DNA of 64,000 bases from Candidatus Latescibacterota bacterium (GCA_965248755.1 OZ252149.1:1920001-1984000), one strand, 5' to 3'. Shown: positions 1 through 10,821, counted from the stretch's first letter. Numbers and translations: made by a program. The notes: a model not told the origin generated them from the sequence alone.

Positions 1-1
1 A

Positions 2-763
2 ATTCGCCCCGAGCTTCAGGAGGCGGAAATAGAGGATTTCACGCGGTACATCGGATCGCTGTCAGGGTGGGCAGCGCCAAACGATTATGCCAGCGCGGCC
101 CATTTGTGGTTGCAGCAATGCTGTACGGGAAACATCGGGCGGGCGATTTATGCGGGCTTTGAGAGCATCGTCACACGGGAGGATAATCTCCATAAGATCA
201 ATCTCCTCATCAACCGATCAACCAAGGAATTGGATATTGACAGCTATCTGCCTTGGGAGGGAAAGGTGGTTGTCAGTGTGAAGCACCCGGTCAAATTGGC
301 CGTCCGCATGCCGCATTACGTGGCCCTTCAGGACGTCGTCACAAAGTTAAATGGCATGGCCATCAATCGGTCACTTTCCTGGAACGGAAGATATGTCCAA
401 TTCTCCTGTAAGGCAGGGGACACAATCGAACTGCTCTTTGAGGTGCCTGAATACACACAAACGTTTGGGTGGCCCGGCCGTCCCGAACTCGTCCTGAAAC
501 ATTCCATTACCGACGAGAATAGCGGCGGCGGAATGGAAAATCCTCGGACAGTTCTCGAAGCGAATAAGAACCCTGAATTGGTTAAAGAATTACTGGAGCC
601 CGTTGAGTACAAGATTACGTATCGTGGAAACACGGTAGTGGACATTGACCCAAATGGGGCGATCTATCCGATCTACGAGCGCGATCACATGCGACTCGGA
701 AAAGCTCCGATAAGCCGGTATGAACGATTCGTACCAACAGAGGATCTGGTCAATTGGCCTTGA
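2..763 (+). CDS. GH127/DUF1680-like glycoside hydrolase, C-terminal part (5'-truncated by window)
   Basis: Frame is open from base 2 (IRPELQ...). QQCCTGN motif followed by beta-sandwich segments (SYLPWEGKV, LAVRMP) typical of GH127-like proteins. Confidence 0.6.
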   Translation: MRPELQEAEIEDFTRYIGSLSGWAAPNDYASAAHLWLQQCCTGNIGRAIYAGFESIVTREDNLHKINLLINRSTKELDIDSYLPWEGKVVVSVKHPVKLAVRMPHYVALQDVVTKLNGMAINRSLSWNGRYVQFSCKAGDTIELLFEVPEYTQTFGWPGRPELVLKHSITDENSGGGMENPRTVLEANKNPELVKELLEPVEYKITYRGNTVVDIDPNGAIYPIYERDHMRLGKAPISRYERFVPTEDLVNWP

Positions 764-832
764 AGGAGCAGTGGGAGAAGATCAATAACGTTGAACAGAG
801 TCATTCTAAAACTCTTCTTCTACGCCTGACGG

Positions 833-986
833 CGAATGATTCTATCGGGGCTTCATCCCTCTGGTCATTCTGAGGGGCTTCTTCCCTCTTTCTCAAGAGG
901 GGCTTCACCCCGAAGCAAGCCCGCCTCTTACCTTGGCCCAGACTGAGCAACGTCATTGCGAGGCACTTCACCCCGAAGCAATCTCG
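833..986. repeat. Cluster of palindromic intergenic repeats (GTCATTGCGAG...GAAGCAATCTC type plus a 21-bp hairpin variant)
   Basis: gaatgattctatcgggg, repeated ggggcttc[a/t][t/c]ccc and gtcattgcgagg...cgaagcaatctc; a closely related cluster is at 19282-19410. Confidence 0.75.
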
Positions 987-1029
987 GAGGAATTGTTCCT
1001 TGATTCCTTAGCCGATAGGAACACCAGAT

Positions 1030-3489
1030 ATGAGAGTATTTTCAAAAGTTTTCGTGATTGCATCCCTATCTTTGACCTTTGCCGTAAACTGCATTTCCCC
1101 AGAAAGATCTGAATGGGAAAGACTAAACGAAAAGGCAGAAAGCCTCTACGAACAAGGTCAGTATGAGGAAGCAGTTAACTTTGCCAAAGAGGCTTTGAAA
1201 ATAGCTGAGGAAAGTTTCGGTACAGACCATCCCAATGTGGCGACCTGCCTTAACAATCTAGCATACCTTTATCATTCCCAGGGCAAGTATGCTGAGGCTG
1301 AGCCCCTTTATAAGCGGTCACTGGCAATAAGGGAAAAAGCTCTTGGCAAAGACCATCCTGATGTGGCGGCATCCCTGAACAATCTAGCGGGACTTTATGA
1401 ATCTCAGGGCAAGTATGCCGAGGCTGAGCCCCTTTACAATCGGTCACTGGCAATAGTAGAAAAAGCTCTTGGCAAAGACCACCCCGATGTGGCGTCCCCC
1501 CTGAACAATCTGGCGGAACTTTACAGAGCTCAGGGCAAGTATGCCGAGGCTGAGCCCCTTAACAAGCAGGCACTGGCAATATGGGAAAAAGCCCTTGGAA
1601 AAGACCATCCCGATGTGGCGACCTCCCTGAACAATCTGGCGGTACTTTATGATTCCCAGGGCAAGTATGCCGACGCTGAACACCTTTATATGCGGGCACT
1701 GGCAATAATGGAAAAAGCCCTTGGCAAAGACCACCCTGATGTGGCGACCTCCCTGAACAATCTGGCGGAACTTTACAGAGCTCAGGGCAAGTATGTCGAG
1801 GCTGAGCCCCTTTACAAGCAGTCACTGGCAATATGGGAGAAAGCTCTTGGGAAAGAGCATCCCAGTGTGGCGACCTCCCTGAACAATCTGGCGTTACTTT
1901 ATGATTCCCAGGGCAAGTATGCCGGGGCTGAACCACTTTACAAGCGGGCACTGGCAATAAGGGAAAAAGCCCTTGGAAAAGACCATCCCAGTGTGGCGAC
2001 CTCCCTGAACAATCTCGCGGTACTATATAAGACCCAGGGCAAGTATGTCGAAGCTGAGCCCCTTCACAAGCGGTCACTGGCAATAAGGGAAGAAGCTCTT
2101 GGAAAAGACCATCCCGATGTGGCGACCTCCCTGAACAATCTGGCGGTACTTTATAAGACCCAGGGCAAGTATGTCGAGGCTGAGCCCCTTTATGAGCGGG
2201 CACTGGGAATATGGGAAGAAGCCCTTGGCAAAGACCATCCTGATGTAGCTTACTCCCTGAACAATCTGGCGGGTCTTTATAAGACCCAGGGCAAGTATGC
2301 CGAGGCTGATCCGCTTTACAAGCAGTCACTGGCAATAGTAGAAAAAGCCCTTGGAAAAGACCACCCTGATGTAGCTTACTCCCTGGACAATCTGGCGGGA
2401 CTTTATAAGACCCAGGGCAAGTATGCCGAGGCTGATCCGCTTTACAAGCAGTCACTGGCAATAAGGGAAGAAGCTCTTGGAAAAGACCATCCCGATGTAG
2501 CGCAATCCCTGAACAATCTAGCAAACCTTTATCGTTCCCAGTGGAAGTATGTCGAAGCTGGGCCACTTTACAAGCGATCACTGGCAATAAGGGAAGAAGT
2601 CCTTGGAAAAGACCATCCCGATGTAGCGCAATCCCTGAACAATCTGGCGGCACTTTATCATTCTCAGGGCAAGTATGCCGACGCTGAGCCCCTGCACAAG
2701 CGTGCTCTGACAATAATAGAGAAAACCCTTGGCAGAGACCATCCCCATGTGGCGGCCTCTTTGAACTGTCTGGCGGAACTTTATAAGACTCAGGCCAAGT
2801 ATGTCAAAGCTGAACCCCTTGTCAAGCGGTCACTGGCAATTTTGGAAAAATCCTTTCGCAAAGATCATCCTGCTATGGCAACCTCCCTGAATAATCTGGC
2901 GCTAGTTTATGCTTCTCAGGGCAAGTACGTCGAGGCTGAGCCTCTTTATAAGCGGGCACTGGCAATGAGGGAAGAAGTCCTCGGGCCAGACCACCCCCAT
3001 GTCGCGCAATGCCTGAGCAACCTGGGGGAACTTTATGATTCCCAGGGCAAGAATGCTGAGGCTGAGCCCCTTCTGAAGCGAGCACTGGGAATAAGGGAAG
3101 AAGCTCTTGGCAAAGACCATCCCTATGTGGCGACCTCCCTGAACAATCTAGCAAACCTTTATCGTTCCCAGGGCAAGTATGCCGAGGCTGAGCCACTTTA
3201 CAAACGGGCACTGGCAATATACGAGAAAGCTCTTGGAAAAGACCATCCCAAAGTAGCTTACTCCCTTAGCGGTCTAGCGGAACTTTACAAAGATCAGGGC
3301 AAGTATGTCGATGCTGAGCCCCTTCTGAAGCGAGCACTGGGAATAAGGGAAGAAGCTCTTGGCAAAGACCATCCCTATGTGGCGACTGCGTTGGAGAATA
3401 TGGCAGTGCTCTACATAGAGATTGGAAAGGAAGATGAAGCCAAAAGGTTGGGGGAACGTGCAGAAGGAATTCGTTCAAGAAACCAATGA
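1030..3489 (+). CDS. Secreted or lipoprotein tetratricopeptide-repeat protein (kinesin-light-chain-type 42-aa TPRs)
   Basis: 18 HPxVAxSLNNLA..Y..QGKY.EAEPLY repeats plus an N-terminal TPR; hydrophobic N-terminus ending in AVNC (possible lipobox). Confidence 0.92.
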   Translation: MRVFSKVFVIASLSLTFAVNCISPERSEWERLNEKAESLYEQGQYEEAVNFAKEALKIAEESFGTDHPNVATCLNNLAYLYHSQGKYAEAEPLYKRSLAIREKALGKDHPDVAASLNNLAGLYESQGKYAEAEPLYNRSLAIVEKALGKDHPDVASPLNNLAELYRAQGKYAEAEPLNKQALAIWEKALGKDHPDVATSLNNLAVLYDSQGKYADAEHLYMRALAIMEKALGKDHPDVATSLNNLAELYRAQGKYVEAEPLYKQSLAIWEKALGKEHPSVATSLNNLALLYDSQGKYAGAEPLYKRALAIREKALGKDHPSVATSLNNLAVLYKTQGKYVEAEPLHKRSLAIREEALGKDHPDVATSLNNLAVLYKTQGKYVEAEPLYERALGIWEEALGKDHPDVAYSLNNLAGLYKTQGKYAEADPLYKQSLAIVEKALGKDHPDVAYSLDNLAGLYKTQGKYAEADPLYKQSLAIREEALGKDHPDVAQSLNNLANLYRSQWKYVEAGPLYKRSLAIREEVLGKDHPDVAQSLNNLAALYHSQGKYADAEPLHKRALTIIEKTLGRDHPHVAASLNCLAELYKTQAKYVKAEPLVKRSLAILEKSFRKDHPAMATSLNNLALVYASQGKYVEAEPLYKRALAMREEVLGPDHPHVAQCLSNLGELYDSQGKNAEAEPLLKRALGIREEALGKDHPYVATSLNNLANLYRSQGKYAEAEPLYKRALAIYEKALGKDHPKVAYSLSGLAELYKDQGKYVDAEPLLKRALGIREEALGKDHPYVATALENMAVLYIEIGKEDEAKRLGERAEGIRSRNQ
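1228..3430 (+). repeat. Intragenic 126-bp tandem repeat (TPR units)
   Basis: The HP codons recur every 126 nt from 1228 to 3370. Confidence 0.9.
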
Positions 3490-3587
3490 TGGCAACAGCG
3501 CCGTTCTCAGAGCTGGAAAGACAGCCGATCATCCTGCAGAACAGATAACTCCACAGACAGACATAGTCCGCCGCATCTCTACGGGAA

Positions 3588-3792
3588 GTCCCCGAGTGCT
3601 TCTATCGGGGACGTGTGCCTACCCCTGGGGCGAGTGAACCTCGCCCCTACATTCTATCTACTCAAAAGAGATTGCTTCGCTTCGCTCGCAAGGACAATTC
3701 ATTTTACCAAGGTCATTGCGAGGGGGCCTGCCCCGGAATGATTGATCCCCGAGCCCCCCGATAGATTCAATCGGGGGTTAAGTCGCAATCTC
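3588..3792. repeat. Intergenic repeat cluster: two 21-bp hairpins, a GTAG-type REP and GAGATTGCTTCG/GTCATTGCGAG elements
   Basis: ccccgagtgcttctatcgggg 3590-3610; ggggcgagtgaacctcgcccctac; gagattgcttcgcttcgctcgcaa; ccccgatagattcaatcgggg 3756-3776. Confidence 0.8.
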
Positions 3793-3797
3793 GCCGC

Positions 3798-5564
3798 TTA
3801 CTGCCGCGCGGTGACCGGCCAGATCGGATCGAGCTGCCAGGCGTCCAGCGAGACGAGCGTCGCATCGCCGCCGCGGGCGAACACGTCGATGCCCTTGCTG
3901 TCCGCTCGCGTCGGGTACACCCGCTGCGTCATGCAGAAACGCTTGTTCGGGAAGACCTCGACCATCGATCGATCGACAAACACGTGAAGCTCAAGCAGCT
4001 CATCGTCGGGCAGATCCAGGTCGCCGCTGTACACCGGCAGGTTCGGGTAACTACCGGCCTTTCTCATGACCAGCGTTTCGGGGTCGAGGCTTGCGTGGGT
4101 CTGATCGGCGATGAACTCTCTCTTCTTGCGGTCGTAGATGAATAGCGTCTGCTCCTTGCGGTCGGGCGAACAGAGAACCTTAATGCCGACGGCATCAGCG
4201 TCACCGGGGTCGATCACCGCGATGATCTCCAGCATATCTCCCTGCGGATCGGGTACGAAGTTCGATCCGGATTCGGTAATCGGCATCCGCTCGTACTGCC
4301 AGTGCTTCCGCCGCAGACTCTTGAGTTCCTCCACCGGCTCCTGGCCTAATGTGCCGTCGGGTCGCAGCGTGAGCATGCGGGGCAAAGAGTAGATGTTACT
4401 CCACCACTCGATGGGCGTTTTGTTCTCCGGATCCTCCTTGGAGAGCCACTCATTCTCCTGTCCCAGGTCTGCCGCTTCGTCTCTGGCGCGGTACCACGGG
4501 CTGTTACCCTCCCAGACCAGGCCGAAGATGATTCGCCTATTCTTGTCATCCTCGAAGCTCATAGCACAGCCGTAATAGCCGCCGGGGTCCAGAACAAACG
4601 CTTCGGATTCAGGGATGAAGCGATGATCCGAAAAACGGCCGATCCATCCCATCTCCTGCGTCATATCGAAAGCCTTTGGGTTGTCCCACTGCTCGCGGCC
4701 ATCTGCGGGCTTCTTCGGATAGGCGGTGATCAGTAGCACGTGTTTATCGCCCAACTTAAACATGTGCGACATGTCCCACTGTTCGCCGGAGACGGCGGGT
4801 GATTTGCCTTTCAGCAGAGGGTTGAGGTATCTCCAGTTCACCAGATCGTCGGATTGGAAGAGATAGGTAGTGCCGACGTTCTGCCCGGCGTCGTTCTGCG
4901 CACCGCCGGCCTTCCCACCGATCAGCGCGTACCAGGTCTGATCGTCCTCGTCCCACCAGGCGAACACATCCAGGTTAAGACGCTCTTCATCGGCGCACCT
5001 TTCCGGGATCACGGGGTTATCAGGGTGGCGCTTCCAGGTGACCATGCCGTCGTCACTTGTGGCTATGCTCTTGCAGCGGATTCTGGCCGAAGTGTATATG
5101 ATGGTGGGCACGCCGTTATTGATCACCGTCGAGCCGGTATAGATCCCGGCGTTGTCATAGCCATGAGGACCGTTCTCATCCTGCGGCGCCAGTGCTATGG
5201 GAAGGTCGTGCCAGTGAACCAGGTCCTCGCTGACGGCGTGCCCCCAGCTTTCGCTCGGACCCGAGGGCTCCTCCGAGGGCTTCGCACCGTGGGGTGCTGT
5301 CAGATAGAACAGGTGGTATCGGCCGTCGAACTGAATCGGTCCCTCCACGTCCCACCCGTAGCCGGTCGGTGGCAGGAAGTGGTACCCGGGTCTGTGCGGA
5401 TCACCCGCCAGCTTTTCCCGAACCGGGTGAATGCATTCGGGGAAGACGGACAGGAAATTCGGCCCGACGTAGTCTTGCTTATCAGCGTTGAGCCAAGCGG
5501 CCAGGTGCGGAAAGAGCTTTGAGTCCTTGGCTGTCTGTTGTGAGCGGTTACTGGGTATCTTCAT
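3798..5564 (-). CDS. Glycoside hydrolase family 32 protein (beta-fructosidase-like) with atypical catalytic motifs
   Basis: RPGYHFLPP, YHLFY, WGHAVSEDLVHW, YTGS, SLPRML, FVDRSMVEVF and TQRVYP motifs. Confidence 0.85.
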   Translation of the reverse strand: MKIPSNRSQQTAKDSKLFPHLAAWLNADKQDYVGPNFLSVFPECIHPVREKLAGDPHRPGYHFLPPTGYGWDVEGPIQFDGRYHLFYLTAPHGAKPSEEPSGPSESWGHAVSEDLVHWHDLPIALAPQDENGPHGYDNAGIYTGSTVINNGVPTIIYTSARIRCKSIATSDDGMVTWKRHPDNPVIPERCADEERLNLDVFAWWDEDDQTWYALIGGKAGGAQNDAGQNVGTTYLFQSDDLVNWRYLNPLLKGKSPAVSGEQWDMSHMFKLGDKHVLLITAYPKKPADGREQWDNPKAFDMTQEMGWIGRFSDHRFIPESEAFVLDPGGYYGCAMSFEDDKNRRIIFGLVWEGNSPWYRARDEAADLGQENEWLSKEDPENKTPIEWWSNIYSLPRMLTLRPDGTLGQEPVEELKSLRRKHWQYERMPITESGSNFVPDPQGDMLEIIAVIDPGDADAVGIKVLCSPDRKEQTLFIYDRKKREFIADQTHASLDPETLVMRKAGSYPNLPVYSGDLDLPDDELLELHVFVDRSMVEVFPNKRFCMTQRVYPTRADSKGIDVFARGGDATLVSLDAWQLDPIWPVTARQ

Positions 5565-5605
5565 TTTGAGTCCTTTCAGAAATATGCGAGTTCCAGAGTA
5601 AGACT

Positions 5606-6088
5606 CTACCTGCTCCCGATAGATTCATCGGAGGCTGCTGCCTGTAAGACCGCCTGAGTCACCTTAGTGTAGATTCCACATCTGCACAGGTTTCCCTTCA
5701 ACGCCTCTCTTATCTCCTCCTCCCTCGGATTCGGATTCTCATCCAAAAGGACTCTGGACGACAGAATGAATCCGGGTACGCAGTAGCCGCACTGGAGGGC
5801 GCCCGATTCTATGAAGGCCTCCTGCAGAGGATCTAATCTCTCCTCAACGGCGACTCCCTCTATCGTGGTTATCTGATATCTAGAGACACAGAGGGCGTTG
5901 ATTATACAGGACTTAACTATCTTTCCATCTACGATCACAGTGCACGACCCGCACCTTCCGTCCTCACACCCGCGCTTTGTGCCCGTCAGGCTCAAGTTTT
6001 CTCTTAAGACGTCCAGAAGTGTAGTATAGGGATCTACAAGTTCCTCGTAGCTCTCACCGTTCACAGTTAATTCCAGTCTGTACTTCAT
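5606..6088 (-). CDS. (2Fe-2S)-binding small subunit, xanthine/CO dehydrogenase family (CoxS/CutS-like)
   Basis: GTKRGCEDGRCGSCTV, QCGYC and GNLCRC motifs; RBS GGGGG before ATG 6088. Confidence 0.92.
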   Translation of the reverse strand: MKYRLELTVNGESYEELVDPYTTLLDVLRENLSLTGTKRGCEDGRCGSCTVIVDGKIVKSCIINALCVSRYQITTIEGVAVEERLDPLQEAFIESGALQCGYCVPGFILSSRVLLDENPNPREEEIREALKGNLCRCGIYTKVTQAVLQAAASDESIGSR

Positions 6089-6145
6089 CTTGTCCCCCTG
6101 AACAGACAAGAATGTCTGTTCTACCGTCTGTTTGTTTAGAGTGGC

Positions 6146-7021
6146 TCAGACATTCCTGTCTGACGCCCTCTTTGCAGCTTCTTCCAGAGCGTACCTGGAG
6201 ATAACTCCTACAAGATGCCTCTTGTACTCCGCCGAAGCTATTGGGTCCCCTATGGGTTCGATCTCCTGGGATGCAGTCTCTGCGGCATCTCTTATTACGT
6301 CTTCACCCAGAACCGACCCTATAAGCTTGCCCTCCGCCTCTTTTGCCCTTACGGGAGTGAAAGCGACAGACGATATAACGAGCCTTGCATCCTGACAGAC
6401 GCCCCCTGAATCCAGAAAGACCGAAGCGGCGGCGTTTGTGATGCCGTAGTCCCCCTCCCTTATAGTGAACTTTCTATATGCGCTCCCCGAGTTAGGAGGC
6501 ATTTCGGGGACCATTATTTCTGTTAAGACTTCATCGGCAAGAAGGGCAGATTCAAAATAGCCCACAAAGAAATCGTCCAGAGAGATCGTCCTTTCACCGT
6601 TGGCGCTTGCGGCTACCACGCTGGATTTCAGGCTCAAAAGAACGGGGGCGGGATCGGAAGCCGGATCGGCGTGGCACAGACTTCCGCCTATAGTCCCTGC
6701 GTTTCTGATCTGCACATCTGAGATTACGCCCACCATTTCCGATATAACAGGACAGTGATCCTTTATTACGTCCGATCTTTCGACATCCCGGTGCGTGGCC
6801 GCCGCTCCGATAGATAGCCCCTGGCCGTCTCTGTACTCGATAATATCCAGGTCAGGGATAAGTCTCAGACTTATCAGGAACTTAGGTTTTATCGCCCTGT
6901 TCCGAATCAGGGCCATAAGCGTCTGCCCGCCGGCTATTATCCTGGCCTCACCGCCCTTTTCGGCAAGGAGTTCACACGCTTCCTGAATCGTCTTCGGCTC
7001 AAAAAACTCACGTGCGTCCAT
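6146..7021 (-). CDS. FAD-binding medium subunit, xanthine/CO dehydrogenase family (CoxM/CutM-like)
   Basis: IAGGQTL, QIRNAGTIGGSLCHADPASD and SAEYKRHL; RBS GAGGGAG before ATG 7021. Confidence 0.92.
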   Translation of the reverse strand: MDAREFFEPKTIQEACELLAEKGGEARIIAGGQTLMALIRNRAIKPKFLISLRLIPDLDIIEYRDGQGLSIGAAATHRDVERSDVIKDHCPVISEMVGVISDVQIRNAGTIGGSLCHADPASDPAPVLLSLKSSVVAASANGERTISLDDFFVGYFESALLADEVLTEIMVPEMPPNSGSAYRKFTIREGDYGITNAAASVFLDSGGVCQDARLVISSVAFTPVRAKEAEGKLIGSVLGEDVIRDAAETASQEIEPIGDPIASAEYKRHLVGVISRYALEEAAKRASDRNV

Positions 7022-7147
7022 ATACTCCCTCGCTGTTATGTGCTTAATTTCTGCTCCATCTGTTCCAAGCGTCCTCTCAATTCTGTAATATCTTTTCGCT
7101 GCTGCTATATCAGGCCCTCCGGCCATTGCGCGGCGAATGAGTATTCG

Positions 7148-8095
7148 TCAGTTCACGATGTTTCGCTCCCTGCCTTCGCTGAAGGCCCGGATGTTCTCCG
7201 CCGTTTCATCCACCAGCTTCTGCCGCGCTTCGACTGCGGACCACGCCGTGTGTCCGGATATCATGATGTTCCTGGCGCCTAACAGCACATTCCCGTCACG
7301 CGGCGGCTCCACGCTCAGCACATCGAAGCCGGCGCCGGCAATGCGATCTGAATTGAGCGCGTCCGCGAGGGCCTGCTCGTCCACGATGCCGCCGCGCGCC
7401 GTGTTGATGAGCAGCGCCGTCGACTTCATTTTCGCGATGGCCGCAGCGTCGATCATGTCGCGGCTCAATTCGGTCAGCGGACAGTGTATCGCTACGATGT
7501 CCGACTCGCGCAGCAGCGTATCGAGATCGGTGTTGTCGTAGCCGCTGTCGCTGATGTCGCTGATGTCGTTGGCGAGCACGTTCATGAGGAAGCCCTCCGC
7601 GATCCTGGCCACGCCGCTGCCGATACAGCCGAGTCCGATGATGCCCAGGGTCTTGCCGGCGAGCTCGAACGAGCGGTAGGTCAACAGCCCGAACCCCCAA
7701 GTACGTTCCCATTCACCGTCCATGATGTCCAGATGATACCTCCACACGTTCGTAGCCAGATTCAGGATGAGTGCAAACGTGTGCTGCGGCACCGTGTTGG
7801 CAGCATAGCCCGCCACGTTCGTCACCCGGATGCCCTTCTCGGTCGCCGCCTCGAGGTCAATGTTGTTGTAACCGGTGGCAATGACAGCGATCATCTTCAA
7901 CTCGGGCAGCGCATCCATGAGCCGCCGCGTCATGGGCACTTTGCTGCAGACAATGACGTCGGCGCCTGCTGCGCGCTCGATCGCCTCCTCTTCCGTCGAG
8001 ATGCGGTACGCGACGTACTCGCCGAACTGCGCGAGGCATGAGAAATCGATGTCGTCGAGCGTCAGGGTGGATTCGTCCACGAAAACAACTTTCAT
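7148..8095 (-). CDS. D-2-hydroxyacid (glycerate/hydroxypyruvate) dehydrogenase
   Basis: ATGYNNID, GIIGLGCIG, HCPLT, INTARGGIVDE, DVLSVEPP and HTAW motifs. Confidence 0.92.
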   Translation of the reverse strand: MKVVFVDESTLTLDDIDFSCLAQFGEYVAYRISTEEEAIERAAGADVIVCSKVPMTRRLMDALPELKMIAVIATGYNNIDLEAATEKGIRVTNVAGYAANTVPQHTFALILNLATNVWRYHLDIMDGEWERTWGFGLLTYRSFELAGKTLGIIGLGCIGSGVARIAEGFLMNVLANDISDISDSGYDNTDLDTLLRESDIVAIHCPLTELSRDMIDAAAIAKMKSTALLINTARGGIVDEQALADALNSDRIAGAGFDVLSVEPPRDGNVLLGARNIMISGHTAWSAVEARQKLVDETAENIRAFSEGRERNIVN

Positions 8096-8456
8096 CGGCT
8101 TGGCCCCTTTCGTACTTCCGTTAACTCTTAACCTGAGCAGTCCGTGCGCCGCTTACTGCGAGCACGGATCTCACGGCAGCTCCCCGATCTACCGCAAGCA
8201 GCGCACCCTCGCAACGGGGTTCATGAATCTAATCTGGCAACGACAGGTCCCACTCTGTCTCTTACCCTGCAGCTATAGAGACCCTCCTTTCCCACCTCTA
8301 CGTCTTCACATCCGGGGATGCACCATCCCGATCTGTCTATGTCCCAGAGAAAATCCCACGCCTTGTGTATATCAGTTTCTACCGTGAAGCCTCAAGTTAT
8401 CAGCATTCAGGCTATCTGCCCATAAATGTACGTGGAGTTACTCCCCTGCGAATTCC

Positions 8457-8690
8457 CTATTCGTAGATAATCAGCGGAACGATCCGCACACCGGTGCGAT
8501 CCTGGATCTCTATCGCAATATCTTGAATCGTATCTTTTAATGCCCGCTTTGAGAGATACACTTTTGCTACCGCATCCTCGTCTTCGAAGGGATCCAGGAT
8601 CTCGATACGGACCTCATCGGTAAGCGACCTGACCCGCGACTCGAATTCTTGGATGCTGTGGACTTTTGTACCTAAAGGCGCCGTGCTCAT
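8457..8690 (-). CDS. Small hypothetical protein
   Basis: 77-aa ORF with GAGGTG RBS directly downstream of the YyaL-like gene. Confidence 0.5.
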   Translation of the reverse strand: MSTAPLGTKVHSIQEFESRVRSLTDEVRIEILDPFEDEDAVAKVYLSKRALKDTIQDIAIEIQDRTGVRIVPLIIYE

Positions 8691-8730
8691 GAAAGACACC
8701 TCTGATCTTCACGTGATCGTCCGAGGGGCC

Positions 8731-10821
8731 TCAAACGCTATCCAGAAACTCCCCGAGCTCCCGCGGGTCGTTCATGGGCTTGGAGCAGGTGAAGTTCTGG
8801 CATACGTAGACGGTGGCCTTTGAGTCGACCTGCGTCTTATCCTTCAAAAGGGGCGCTATGTCCACGATCCGTCCGTCGCCATCGGGATTCAGCAGCGCCA
8901 TGACCTTGTTCGGCAAAAAGCGGCTGTGGATGACCTCAAGCATCTCTTTGGTATCCTTCTGTTCGGGATCTCCGACTATGGCTATCTCCAAGGGACGCTG
9001 CAGGAAGAAATCCAGACCGCACAGAAGCTGACCGAATCCTGAAGGCCCTCCCTTCATAAAGTCGTGGAAGGTGGTAAGTGCCCTTTCGGCCATTTTCCAC
9101 AGATCCTCTCTGTAGGTTATGGCCGAGATCCTCAGAAGATCCAGAACACCTATAGAATTCCCCGCAGGAACTGCGTTGTCGTAGGGGTTCTTACTGCGAA
9201 CTATCAACTCTTCGTGATCATTAGGGGTGAAGAAGAACCCGCCGTCCACTTCGTCCCAGAAGTGGTCTATCATTATGTCGTTGAGCCTGATCGCCTCCGT
9301 GAGCCACGCACTATCGAACGTGGCTTCATAGAGATCCAACAGGGCACCTATGAAGAGGGCGTAGTCGTCCTGAAAGACGTTGGAACTTGTACGGTCATCC
9401 TTATACGAATGAAAGAGACGCCCGTTTCCAGTAATATTGTTCAGAATGAAAGACGCACTATTTTCGGCGGCGAGTCTGTACTCCTCTGTTCCCAGCACCT
9501 TATACGCCTCGGCGAAACTGGAGATCATCATTCCGTTCCAGTTCGTCTGAATCTTATCGTCCCTGCCGGGTTTGACCCTCTTTCCCCTTTCTGCAAAGAG
9601 CTTTGCCTTTCCCTCCTTTACAACTTGTCTCAAATGATCCTCATCCACCTTCAGAAACCTGGCCAAGTTCTCCAGCGGTGTAGAGACGTGCAGGATACTC
9701 AGACCGTTCTCGAAATTTCCGGAGGGAGTGATGTCGTAGTATCTGCAGAATAGAGCGGAGTCCTCGGCGCCCAATATCTCTTTGACCTGGTCAGGCGTCC
9801 ATACGAAGAACTTACCCTCTTCCCCCTCACTGTCGGCGTCCTGTGTTGAATAGAATCCGCCTGAGCCTCCGGCGTCGTCTCCGCCATGGAACATCTCCCT
9901 CAGAAGATAGGACGCCGTCTCTTCAACTATATTAGAGTAGAAATCGTCGCCTGTGGCCTGATAGGCCTCAAGGTATATGCTCATCAAGAGGGCGTTGTCG
10001 TAGAGCATCTTCTCAAAATGAGGCACCAGCCATTTACTGTCCACAGAATATCTGTGGAATCCACCGCCCAGTTGATCGTATATCCCGCCGTTTGCCATCT
10101 TACTGAGGCTCAAATTGACCATCTCAAGGGCGTTTTTAGCCCCTGTCCTCTTATACTCCCTCAGAAAGAGAGCAAGATTCATCGTCCCGGGGAATTTGGG
10201 CTGGCTGCCGAATCCGCCGTTGACGTTATCGAAGTTAGCCAAAGTGGCTCTAAAGGTGTTCGTCAGGAGACTCTCATCCGTGGATTCGGCGGAGGACTTC
10301 AGCCTTGCAAGCTGGTGGAGGTGGTCCTTCATCCTGCTGCCCTGCTTCAAAGCATCGTCCTTCCTGTCCCTGTAAAATTGGGCTACAGACTTGAGGAGGC
10401 GCGGGAAGCCGGGGATCCCCTGCCGGTCGTCAGGTGGAAAATACGTCCCCCCGTAAAAGGGTTCGCCGTGGGGAGTCAAGAAGACGGTCATAGGCCATCC
10501 GCCGTGGCTGGTCATAGCCTGTACAGCGTTCATGTATATCTCATCTATATCGGGCCTCTCCTCCCTGTCCACTTTGATGTTGATGAAGTTCTCGTTCATA
10601 ATGCGGGCTATTTCCTCATTCTCAAACGACTCATGCTCCATAACGTGGCACCAGTGGCAGGCGGAATACCCCACACTTAAGAGGATAGGCTTATCCTCCC
10701 TCTTTGCCCTTTCTAACGCCTCTTTATCCCAGGGATTCCAGTCCACAGGGTTGTGGGCGTGCTGAAGCAGATACGGACTTGTCTCCTCTATGAGCCTGTT
10801 AGTATATTTCTCACCGTTCAT
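8731..10821 (-). CDS. Thioredoxin-domain/six-hairpin protein (YyaL/SSP411 family)
   Basis: [42 protein letters not shown] and [12 protein letters not shown]. Confidence 0.95.
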   Translation of the reverse strand: MNGEKYTNRLIEETSPYLLQHAHNPVDWNPWDKEALERAKREDKPILLSVGYSACHWCHVMEHESFENEEIARIMNENFINIKVDREERPDIDEIYMNAVQAMTSHGGWPMTVFLTPHGEPFYGGTYFPPDDRQGIPGFPRLLKSVAQFYRDRKDDALKQGSRMKDHLHQLARLKSSAESTDESLLTNTFRATLANFDNVNGGFGSQPKFPGTMNLALFLREYKRTGAKNALEMVNLSLSKMANGGIYDQLGGGFHRYSVDSKWLVPHFEKMLYDNALLMSIYLEAYQATGDDFYSNIVEETASYLLREMFHGGDDAGGSGGFYSTQDADSEGEEGKFFVWTPDQVKEILGAEDSALFCRYYDITPSGNFENGLSILHVSTPLENLARFLKVDEDHLRQVVKEGKAKLFAERGKRVKPGRDDKIQTNWNGMMISSFAEAYKVLGTEEYRLAAENSASFILNNITGNGRLFHSYKDDRTSSNVFQDDYALFIGALLDLYEATFDSAWLTEAIRLNDIMIDHFWDEVDGGFFFTPNDHEELIVRSKNPYDNAVPAGNSIGVLDLLRISAITYREDLWKMAERALTTFHDFMKGGPSGFGQLLCGLDFFLQRPLEIAIVGDPEQKDTKEMLEVIHSRFLPNKVMALLNPDGDGRIVDIAPLLKDKTQVDSKATVYVCQNFTCSKPMNDPRELGEFLDSV

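Noticed and set aside
1228..3430. Regular DNA repeats suggesting a CRISPR array or DGR template/variable pair
   Set aside because: They are contiguous 126-bp coding TPR units with no unique spacers, no cas genes and no reverse transcriptase.
1250..3532. Long antisense ORFs (e.g. 1559-2713) and other shadow ORFs in the track
   Set aside because: They overlap well-supported genes on the opposite strand or frame and have no motifs.
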